Position numbers and translations under genes: made by a program. From NCBI RefSeq assembly GCF_018977255.1, contig NW_024704743.1:82648001-82712000 (forward strand): 64,000 bases of DNA. The letters are read 5' to 3'. The stretch comes from Callorhinchus milii (taxonomy: Eukaryota). Below are positions 24,468-36,400 of the stretch, piece by piece. Within the stretch, counting starts at the first letter, position 1. Every line of letters begins with the position of its first letter. The notes under the pieces are model-generated. The model ran no database searches. It had not been told where the DNA came from and worked only from the letters and a program-made list of their open reading frames with translations.

Positions 24468-27400
24468 GTCAGTGCTCCACCACCACCACCACCACCACCC
24501 CCGGCACTGCTCCACACCGGAGCGTCCTCACTCTGGGGAGGCGTCTCAGGCCTGCGCCACTGTGCGAGAGAGAGACTGAGAGGGAGGGGGGAGAGGGAGG
24601 GGGGAGGGAGGGGGGGGGGGGGGGAGGGGGGAGAGAGTGGGGGGGGAGAGTGTGGGGGGGGAGAGAGTGGGAGGGGGGAGAGTGGGGGGGGAGAGTGTGG
24701 GGGGGGGAGAGAGTGGGAGGGGGGAGAGTGGGGGGGGGAGTGGGGGGGGGGAGAGTGGGGGGGGAGAGAGTGGGGGGGGAGTGTGGGGGGGGGAGAGCAC
24801 GGGAGAGAGTGGGGGGTGGGGAGTGCGCGAGAGAGAGTGGGGGGTGGGGAGTGCGCGAGAGAGAGTGGGGGGTGGGGAGTGCGCGAGAGAGAGTGGGGGG
24901 TGGGGAGTGCGCGAGAGAGAGTGGGGGGTGGGGAGTGCGCGAGAGAGAGGGGGGTGGGGAGTGCGCGAGAGAGAGTGGGGGGTGGGGAGTGCGCGAGAGA
25001 GAGGGGGGGTGGGGAGAGCGTGAGACAGAGAGTGGGGGGTGGGGAGAGCGCAAGAGAGAGTGGGGGGGAGGGAGTGCGAGAGAGGGAGAGTGGGGGGCAG
25101 AGAGAGAGTGGGGGGAGAGGGAGAGGGCGGGGTAGAGAGCGCGAGAGGGAGAATGGGGTGTAGAGAGCGTGGGAGAGGGAGAGTGGGAGGTAGAGAGAGC
25201 GAGAGAGGGAGAGTGGGGGGTAGAGAGTGGGAGAATGGGGGTAGAGGGAGGGAGAGAGTGGGGGATAGAGGGAGGGAGAGAGTGGGGGATGGAGGGGGAG
25301 AGAGAGCATGAGGAATAGAGCGAGGAAGCAAGGCCTGGCTGAAGAGAGTGAGCGAGTTCCTGGGTAAAGTGAGCAACTGAGACTTTTGGTAAAGAGAGAA
25401 TGAGTGAGCGAGATCCCGGGTAAAGGGAGAGTGAGTGAGTGAGATCCTGGGCAAAGAGAGAGTGAGTGAGTGATATCCTGGGTAAAGAGAGAGTGAGTGA
25501 GTGATATCCTGGGCAAAGAGAGATTGAGTGAGCGAGATCCTGGATAGAGTGAGTGAGACTCTGAAATGCTGTACACTGTCCAGCGCCTTGGGACGTCCTC
25601 CCGATGTGAAAGGCGCTATACAAATGTAATCTTGTTGTTGAGACAATGTGTAAAGAGGGATTGAGTGAGCAAGATCCCAGGTAAAGAGAGAGTGAGTGAG
25701 TGAGCTCCCGGTTAAAGAGAGAGAAAGTGAATGAGTAAGATTCCAGGAAAAGAGAGTGAGTGAGACAACTACTTGCATTTATATAGCAACCTTCACGCCG
25801 GACGGTGTCTCGGATCACTTACCGGAGATCCCGGGTAAAGAGAGAGTAAGCGAGACCCTAGGTAAAGGGAGGGTGAGAGAGAGGTCAAAAACTGTGACCT
25901 ATAGCACTCGTCCTCCCTCCCTGGCAAGTTCCTGCATGTATTAAACACTGATAAGTAATTAATGGGACAATTCTATAGACGAGCGCAGTACTTTATAGTG
26001 CACTCGGGGACAACAGTTTTGGGGATCTTGTCTTTCCCTTTAATCAGTTACATGGTTAATAAATACCAATGATGCTACTCTGGTAAATAGAAAATTTTAG
26101 GATAAATAAATGGAGCAGAAATAAGTATTTTGTACGTGACATTCAGTCAACGATTTTTAGCTAACACGTGTAAGCTACTTTATTTGCAAAATGAACCTTA
26201 TCTTGACAAGTCAGCCTCTTTGGTTTTGGTATCTTTGCTGCTGCTCGATTCAAATATGAAATACTACCCTTTTCCTAGCTCGATAATGTGTGTCTTCAGT
26301 AAGAAAGATTCATTGATAAATGGCAGCGCAGTGTATCAGAGAGTTTAGGGCTGCATATTTTTCATCATCTTGTATTTGGTTAATTGGTGAACAATGTTGG
26401 ATGAGAACACGTCGGCTCATGAAACGCAGTTACACGTTTGGTTGCTGTCAGCGATGGGGTAGGTTATAGGCTACATTTGAAATGTTTGGTGCATACATCC
26501 TAAAATGCCGGTGTTTCTCGCCCCCACCCCCACCATTAAATTCTGTGAAACTCTGATAACTTGTTGCCCCAATGGGTCAAACAACTACTTATCAAAGTTG
26601 ACCAGTTATCCAAAGGACAGTATCTTTAAAGTACAAAGTATTTGAATAGCCAGGATATTGAATGAGTGACGAGTTATGCAGAATTAACTCTTTATCCCAG
26701 GGGCTAGTTATCAGAGTTTAACTGTACAACAACTTGCAGTTATATAGCCCCTTACAAATGGGATAGCATCTTTGAGCACTTAAATACAACAACAATAAAA
26801 TTACATTTATATAATGCCTTTTGCGTCGGGAGGATGTCCCAAGGTGCTGGACAACCAGTGTTTCATACCCATGCTGGGGAAATGTGGAGGGCAGAGGGGG
26901 TAGGAGGGTGATCGAAGGCACGGTTGAAGAGGAGGGTTTTGAGATGGGTCTTGAAGGAAGTGAGGGAGGGGGCGAGGCGGAAGGAATGCGGGATGCAGTT
27001 CCAGAGGGTGGGGATAAAGTGGCTGAAGGCTGCACTCGCCACTCATGGGGTGGGCGAGGCGGGGGATGTCAAACAGGCTAGAGCCCGCTGAGCGGAAGGA
27101 GCAGGCAGGTTGCTAGGGGGTTAGAAGGTTGCAGAGTTAAGGGGGAGCAAGATCATGGAGGACTTCGAAGGTGAAGACCAGGATCTTGAACTGTATCCTC
27201 TGTGATGGGAAGCCAGTTGAGTCGGGCGGTTGGGGGTGATAGGGTCACGGAGCCTGGTGCGGGAGAGGACACGGCTGCAGAGTTCTGGATGATCTGCAGC
27301 TTATGGAGGGAGGAATTGGGGAAGCCGACAAGCAGGGAGTTTGCAGTCAAGCCAGTATGTTATGAATGAGTGCATGAGGGCTTCGGCGGCCTGCGGTGTG

Positions 27401-30400
27401 AGACAGTGATGGAGCCGGATGATGTTGCAGGGGTGGGGGAAGGCAGAGCGGGTCATGGCGTTGATGTGGGTTAGAAAGGATAGTTGAGGGTCAGACATAA
27501 CATTCCAGTTATATGAACAATATGCTTTTGACAGAGATGCTGGTATGAGTGTTTCTGTAATAGTTTGATGGTTTAGTGGACTCCCTGGAATGATTTGAAG
27601 TACTGTATTAATAATTTTGTTCAGACATTTAGATGATATGGACAATGAGAGCAAAGCTGCTTGCTGAAGTGCTGTCAGTGATTGTATTGTTGACAGTGTA
27701 TTTTTGTAACTGCCATTGTACAGTAATACCATGAGTTTTTTAACTTCTGAAATCAGTTGTTGACATCAGATTTCTTGTATTATTGTCTGTGATCACTTCA
27801 GCAGAATAACAACTGTGAAATAGTGTTGTGAAATCCTAGTCACACAAATGTTCTAAGTGCAGAACCTAACAGCTTGAAATTACCAAATGCTGAAATCCTT
27901 TGATTTCACACTGCCTTGAAATCCTTTTATGTATCTGATTTTCATGAATCCCACCATGGAAGCTGTAGGATGGACTTATAGAGCTTTATATTTTCAGTCA
28001 TCACAACAGGTGTTCATATACAATGAACCCAGGTGCCTTCCTTGCAATGCGAGTGCTCTATGCAATGCGAGGCCTAGCTCTCCGACCTCCTAACCCCTAC
28101 CATCCTGTTCGCTCCCTCCGCTCAGCGGGCTCTGGCCGGCTTCACATCCCCTGCCTTGCTTACCCCATTATCGGCTGGTGGGCCTTCCGCCGCTCTGCAC
28201 CCAACCTCTGGAACTCCATCCCTCAGTCTCTCTGTCTCGCCCCCTCCCTCGCCACCTTCAAGATCCACCTCAAGACCCTCTTCAAAGCCCTCCTCTTTGA
28301 CCGTGCATGTGTGACAGGTCTTGAAGGAGGCAAGGGAGGGGCTGAGGTGGACGGTCACATGGTAGGTTACATGGTAAGAAATTGAGAATAATGGATATCT
28401 GTCAGAGATCATTGGTTTGTATTTTTTGCCTGAACCACACAGGTTCCTGGAATTCAGTCTTGGCACTTTGTTTCACATAAACAGATTTTGTGCAATTAAT
28501 AATTATCTGCACACTTGAAACCAGATTACACCTTGTACTCCTTTCCAGTTTATCTGATTTTTTTTTTAAGGATGGTGAACTGGTGTCAATCTTTGTTGCC
28601 CAGTGATGATCGAGAACCGAAATTTGTTCTGTAACTCAGTAGCAGCCACACAGTGAAGGGGAGTGAGTGTCTGTTCTAAATAGATGAGGATGCTAATCCT
28701 GTTCAATAGCACATGACTTTTCTGACTAAGAAAGTGATTGAAGTGAACATCAGGTCAGATTTGGGCTCGATCTTTTAGCACTTTATTTGAGGTTTCTCTT
28801 AACAGGTAGTTTACATAAGAAAGTAATGTTGGTGCAATTTCCACACCATTCTTTAAGATTTAAATATACTGTAGATGAGATTACCCAGTTCAACATGTAC
28901 GAGGAGTTGCACCTGAAACAGATTGGTGATACACCAGGCAAGTAACTTGAAAAGCTTTAAAAGAAAAGCTACATCCTTATTTATTGTTTATAATGCATCT
29001 ATCTGGTAGTGAGATTAAGACAGAAATTCAATCCCAGGTCTGCTGATTGTCCACCACGTGATCTCTGTTATCGTGTTCTGCAATATTGTCAGGACTGCTG
29101 TATTGAGTTACCATCCTGATACTCCTTGCTTCTCATCAGTTACTCTTCATTTTATAATTAACCAGCCTTTCAGCTGATTGATTCTGAATTTACAGTAACT
29201 ATATATTTTTTGTGGCTGTATATAATGTAGATATGCTCTACCATGTTCTGTCAACTAATGTAAAGATAAGAAATTGCTAATTTTTTTTGAATTGCACATT
29301 GTTTAGTGCAGAATTATCTTATACAAAAACGGATTCTCCACAATTTTTAATTTCTGTCAGCTTGATTTCAAGATTTCAGATAGTGAGCTTTAATTTTACA
29401 TTTCATTGTACAGGTCAGTTATATGTTGTGCTGATGGACATGGTTTTTGAATGGCATCTTAAGCCATAAAGCATCAAGGTTGCAGATTGGCACCTCCAGC
29501 CATGTAGCTCACCCACAAGCACTCTGGAACGCTACTACGCATGAAGGGCGCTATTTAAATGCAAGTTGTTGTCGATTACATAAAAGTGTCAGACTAGACT
29601 ATGTGAATCCACTCCTGACTTGCGACTTTATGACTCTGAGGTGAGAGTGCTACCAACTGAGCCAGACGAACACCTAACAATATTAACCAACGTGAACAGA
29701 AACGTTGGCTGGTTGGATGCACCTTTCCTCTCATGGAAAGTTAAAAGGATAGAGAAGGGGAATGTAGCATGGAAGAATTGTTGTTGTATTGTGTAGAAAA
29801 GCACTCTTCATTGGTGTACCTCTGCCTGCAATATTAGGAATTACCTCCACTTTGAAATCTGGTGTAATTACAGCCAATCAGGTCCAATTCAGGGAAGATA
29901 TAGGCTTCATTAAAGAAATCTTAACAGACCACCAGTGCTAACTATGTTGCACATGTTTTTTTACAGAGTCTTGGGAACTCGCAGCGCGAGTACGAAAAAC
30001 ACGTCCTCCTTTACAGTATCCGCAACCAGCTGCGGTACAGAAATAATTTGGGTAAGCAGAAGAACATTTTCCACACAAAAGGTCTGATGTGCTTCTTACA
30101 TCAGTTATCAATCTGGAGGGAGAAAAAAATACTTGCTTTATGTGGGTTCTGCCAGCAGTTGTGATAGTTGCATCGTGTCTGTGATTCTCCTCGTGGCTCT
30201 AGAACCTAAAAGTATTGACTTGTTTCTGATAGGGAGGTTATGGTAATATCCCTTTTCTATCTCCCGGCCCATCACACTCAAAACACATTCAATTTTAAGT
30301 TGTGAAGTTGAATTCTTTTTAAAGATTACCTCATGTATTGTACTTGAAAATGCTTTATGGTTGCTTTTTGGCTGCAGCAGATAGAATCTGACTGTTTTAC

Positions 30401-33400
30401 AATACAATTTCTGCTATCTTTGCAAACATAAGTACATTGCATTTCTGACTGTTTTCCTGCTTTTTGTTTTAAAGTGAGATATGTTAAGAAAGATGAGCGC
30501 AAGTACTATGAAGAGCTGCTTAAATACAGCAGGGAGCACCTCATGCTGTATCCATTTCATTTATCGGATATTATGGTCAAGGGACTACGCGTTACACCCT
30601 TTTCTTACTACATAGGAATTATGGAGGTGAGTAAATATTCACTAGCTTTCATGCTCAGCAATATGTTTGTGTGTTTAAATTTGATCCTGTTCACCCAAGT
30701 TAGGGGTCGGTAAGGTTCCTCTTGCAGCCATTTTAATGCGATACGGAATCTAGCTGCAATTGGGAAGAAGTTTGTTCAGAAGTTTGTCCTGTTTGTGTTG
30801 ATAAAGAAAGCTGTAAGGCAGGCCCAGGAGGACAACAACAATAACAGCATATGGCTCTTAAAGTTGATTCAGTGGGGATAGGGAGCCAGTGGAGCTTGAT
30901 GAGGATAGGGTGTTGCTCATCGAGCCTGTTAAAGGAGATTATGTGGACTATGGACCTACAGACCATCCAATATGTTCAGTGGAGAAAATGAAACTAGTGT
31001 CAACAACTACAGATAATTAGATTTTATATTCTGCTATGAGTAAATACTGCCACAGAAAGTGCTAATTGATTGAAAACCATTTCATTGATTGAACGCAAGG
31101 AAGTCATTCCATCTGAACAAATTGGTGATTAGGAGTTATTGAAAGTGCAAAAATCCCATGAATTTGAAAGGATTAAAAACAATTAAAACAAAGCATTAAA
31201 ACAATATTGAATGTAATTTCAAACTATGGTGTATGTGCTCAGTTGGTGGTTTGAGCTGTGCTCTTGTTTAATAATGTAACCAGAACCCGCAGTTAGTCTG
31301 GTAATCCCTTTTAGGTTTCCATTGTGGAGCCCTGAAATGGTCAGTGTTCTGACATTGTATTGGCGTAACTTCAGTTATTTCTTTCAGTGACACTTTGCAG
31401 CATATATTCAAATTGCTTATGCACAGGTGTGTTGTTGTTCCCTTTAAAGTGTTCCTGTCCAATTATCATGGTCTTGATTAAAGGAGCTGCATAACCATTT
31501 GTGTTATTAATGCAGAGAGGCTGGTACCTGTCAGATGGAAGATTTTCCATGGAAACTGAATGCAGAAATTGGTTATAACCACAATCCTATAATAGGATTA
31601 GGTTCTCTACACAGTGCTATAAATTTTCCGCAGATGAAAAACAAAATACCAAAGCAGCACAATGTTTCAGTGCCGGCACATGGTTATGGGAACAGGGATT
31701 GTGCCTTTTCCCTCCCACTAGCCAGTTAGTTTACAACTTGGTGAAAGAATGTAAATTTAAATAGGTTTGTAGCATTCTATACATTGACTGTATATTTGTG
31801 GGCGAACGCGGCAGCCAATTGCGCACAGCAATGTCCCACAAACACTCGTACATTGAAAATAACCAATTTATTATTGTTTTTGGTTTTGGAGGGAATATTA
31901 TTAGGCGTGTGGAGTAAGGAAACTTGCCCAAGGTTTCGCCCTGCCTGGAATTGAACTCAGGTCTCTCGCTTGCAAAGCGAGTGCTCTAACAACTGAGCTA
32001 CAGGACTCCAGAAGAATGATTTATTCTGCTTATCTGCCCACCACCTTTCACTATTGTTGGATATAAACCTTACAAAACCCTTCTGGTAACCTAATATTTG
32101 AAATTAGCTTGGTTCAGAAAGTTCTTCAGAAAGTGCAGAGTCTGAAATTATCAAGTAAGGTAGAGGATCAAGTTTTACTATGAGCTGTAGTTATTTATAA
32201 CAATTGTCTTTTCCTTTTTATGTAGGACATAATGAACAGTGAAAAAAGTTATGATTCTTTGCCCAATTTCACAGCAGCTGATTGTAAGTCTCTCTGTGCT
32301 GAGTGTGTTGTGCTTGATTGTTTGACTCCAACAATTGTTTGTAACCCCAACCTCAGAGCAGCACCTTCTGATACTGTATAAGTCTCGGGTTTCTGTGATG
32401 TATATTTCTACTTTCCACTTGCATTCTTTCTAAACTGCAATATAATTGTTGCCCCCAATCAAGTTTAAGATAGGATTATATTGTGGCTTGCTTTGCTGTT
32501 GATGTGTGGATAGCGAAATTTTATTTTTTTCTGTGTAGAAGAGAGATATAGCTTGGAAAAATAAGTTAAACTATTGCAATATGCCACATGGAATATGTTT
32601 TTTTCCAGCTTTGTTAATGCATTATCTAAAAACTTGTTTCTTCTGTAGAATATGCTCTGGAGCATCATGGCAATATTATTAATGAATTGATTTATCAAAT
32701 TGGTCTTGAATGTTTCTTCCTTAAGGACATAATTCAAAGCTTTGATGATTATGCTGAAATGCCAATTGTTCTGTATTGAAAACCAGACATTTTCTGTATA
32801 GCTGGAGAATAAACTTACAAGGTTTACATATGAATACAACTGAAACTGTACAATTGCATTCTGATCTCAAATTCTTTTATAGGTCTAAGGCTCCTGGGAA
32901 TAGGAAGAAACCAGTATATTGACCTCATGAACCAATGTAGATCATCAAAAGTGAGTTGGCTGTATTCTCTTTAAGCTCATTCTTACAATTTATTTGTTAT
33001 CATCAAAATGAAGGATTTCAATGCTGGAAAACCAGACTCAATTTTCTGGTTGAGGATTGAGGACAATTGAATAACTGTTTCTTATTACTGGAGGTATTCT
33101 GAAAGGATGAAATCAGGTGATAAACATGGCCTTCTTCATCAGAATCTCTCTTGTGATGTGATCTGATTGAGCCACAATGTCAAATGTTGCAGAAGTGCTC
33201 TTAGATATGATTCAAGGTACGCCATTGTGGGAGGAGCAGCAGGATCTTTGTTTTGTACCCAGTCCATGCTATACCAGATGTATAATCCATATTATGTCAG
33301 ATGTAGCACTGTGAATCTTCTTTGGGATGTCCTCCCAACCTGAAAGACATTATATAAATGTAAATTGTATTGTATGTTGGAGTGCTTGATAATGAAATTA

Positions 33401-36400
33401 AGTGCTGAACCTGAGAAAGTATTCATTTTCCCAGTATTAAGCATTCCTCACCTAGATGAGCAGAAAATAAGCAGATAACTGGTAAACTGGTATATAACTT
33501 TGTAAAACTTAGTATGTGCAAATTCACTGCCGTGTTCGCTCACAAAACACAGTCACTCAACTTTTCAGTTTATCCTGTGAGGTGCTTTGGGAGGTCCTCC
33601 TGACGCTATACCAAATGTGATTTATTATTATACTGGAATTTCACTGAACATAGTTGTGACTTATGCTGTTCAAAGAAATGCAACATCCTTTCCAGTCTCA
33701 GTGAATATAAGAGAGAAATGTGAGTTCTACTAACTCACACCTAATCACTCTGAATCTGAGTTGAATCATGCGCCTACACAGAGCTCCACTCACCAATGGA
33801 GCTTTTTCATTTTAGTAACGAGCTGTTGTTTGAATTTCATGATGAAACCTTGAAATGGTACCATTCGCTTCAAACTCTCACCTCACACAGATTCATCTTG
33901 TATTTTTCATTTGCCTTTTTTCAATTTGCCACTGAAAGTGAAGTATGAATAGCCTAGCAGCTTGCTTGATGGTAATCTTTGTCACTGACAGGAAAACAAT
34001 AGGTTCCACAGAGATATAAACTAAAAATATCACTTTTGTTTCAGAAATTTTTCAGGCGAAAAACAGCTCGTGACCTACTCCCAGTGAAGCCTGTGGAAAT
34101 TACTATTGAGCCGTGGTGGGTAGTGCAGGCTGGCTTTATTACAGAGGATGACATTAAGGTAAAGGGGATATTTAGCAATCAAATATCTATAATAGGAATT
34201 ACTGTGGGAAATTTAATTTATGAATTATTTCTGCTAAATTCATTGTCTGGAGCACTGAACCCCAAGTTCTAAATTCCACCAGGAATAGTCCCGGACCCAG
34301 CACTGACCAACTTGGGCTCCATACAGCAAATAGCTCTGTGGTGATGGTGGAGTGAAGCCCTTTCGTCCTATTATGTTCATTTCATTGTCAGATGTGGTTC
34401 ATCTCCCAGTAATTTGTGGGGGGGGGAGGGATTGCTGAAGCTCGAGGCTTTGTTGTGAAATCTTTTGCTTTGCAATATTTTTAAATGCTAAGAATCTGCA
34501 TTCAAGCAGAAAACAATGATCCTTTAAGAAAGCTGTTGATTTTCATACATTAACCCTTCATCATTTATTTGGATAACAAATCCCTACATTTTTCTATTGA
34601 AATTATATTTTAATGTTAAATCTATTATTTTAATCCTGGACCTTTGGATTTTGAAAGTAAAGTCACATATATAGAATATGGGTGCATAAATTTGGGAGAG
34701 AAGTTAACAGTAGAAGGCAGACCAATAACTAGACTGATTGTTTACATAGTTGTTTCTCTACTTGGATGAGACGTGCTTGTTGAAGGGTGTCTGCAACTGA
34801 TTCCTTCTGACAACTGAATATCGTTACTTATTGATCAGTTTGTGACTGCTTTGCCTTTTAAACTTTGTTTTCCAATTAAACCTGAATTGAATTCATGCTC
34901 AGTTGGTAAAGCCACAGCGCTGTGTGATCCTGAACCATGCCAGCAAGGTTTCAGGTTCAGTCCTGGATCTTGTATGTGAGCTGAGCTGCAACTGCAGCAT
35001 TTTCCTGCCCATGGGTCTGCCAGGAGTTGTCTGAAACTAAACCATGCAGACCAGAGTGGTCCCAGGTTCAATCCCCTGACTATTCATGCAGACCAGGAGG
35101 GTTCCAGGTTCGATCGCCTGTTTTTAAGGAAGCTAATTCCATCACAGTTGCAATAGTGACATTTTCATGCCTTGGGGTCATCCAGGGAATGTTGTCATGT
35201 GAAAGTCTGCTGGAGAGTGCACATTTGTGTAAGTCAGGAGAAGACTTGGCTACAATTAGTCTTCCTTAGTCAAATAACCCATCAATGCTCACTTTCTAGG
35301 GTTCCACACGGAAAATGGCAACATAGGTGAAATGAGGTTGCTAAGAGGATCTGGTGCTGATCTCCATTTTCAGGAGGGGGGAGGGAGAAGAGAAAGAACC
35401 TATTTGTGAGTTTGATTTGTTTTAATACCCGCTGGGTTATTACCTCTAGATCTGTTCGACACCAGAGAAGATCGCTATTGATAAAATCATTGATTTGGGG
35501 CCTCAGCTGTCTGGGCTTTTGGAACACAATGTGGTGCTCAGTGAGTATATACTATAACAGTGCATCTGTGTGAATGATGGGCATGAGCAGGAATCTTTCA
35601 GAAAGTGCAAATCTTTCGGGCTTTTTCCCGCCGATCCTGTAGCTAAAAATATTCAATTGCCCTCTGTTCTGTCTTCTTCACTTTCTCTCCTCAATTAGCT
35701 GAAATTGTTTTGTATTCACTTGTTTGCTATTCTCTAAGTATTTGCAATAATAATAATAATCCTTGCATTTGGTATAGCACTTTATTATGCTGTTGAGAGG
35801 TCTCAAAGCACTTCACAAGATATACTGTCAAGTGGAGTGACTGTGTGTTTTGTGGGTGAAACGCGGCACCCAATTGCTCACAGCAATGTCCCACAAGCAG
35901 TCATGGGTTGAGTGACCAAATTATTATTTTTTTTAATTTGAAGGGTTTATTACCCCCTGGAAAGTGATCCGCCAGTCGACTAACAATCGGGTTCAACAAG
36001 AGGACGTGGAGGGGGCTATATAAATCCAAGTTGTTGTTGTTATTGTGCTGTGAAATCTAGTTTGCCATCACATCAGTGTGCAGATGTTGGGTTGGGTCAG
36101 GTTGCAGAGTGTAACTCATTTTCGGATCAGTCTGATTTATAACCTCAGCAAAGCAGCTCTTAATTTACCGCTCACCAGCCATGCTCTTAGTGTTCTGTTC
36201 TTGCCTGGTTCCAATCCTACCTTTCCCATCGTCTGCACTTCGTGGCCACCAACGACTTCTCCTCTACCTCCCGCACTGTCTCCTCACTGTCTCTGCAATG
36301 TTGCCCACCTCTGCCACTGCCTCTCACTGCAGGCCGCCAAGACCCTGATTCACGCTTTCATTATGTCCTGGTTTGACTACGCCAACTCAGTGGCCTTCCC

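Noticed and set aside
24396..25818. Long ORFs of 255-449 aa on both strands
   Set aside because: Produced by stop-poor G/A minisatellites; only the first 24 codons (FAM91A1 exon 1) are real
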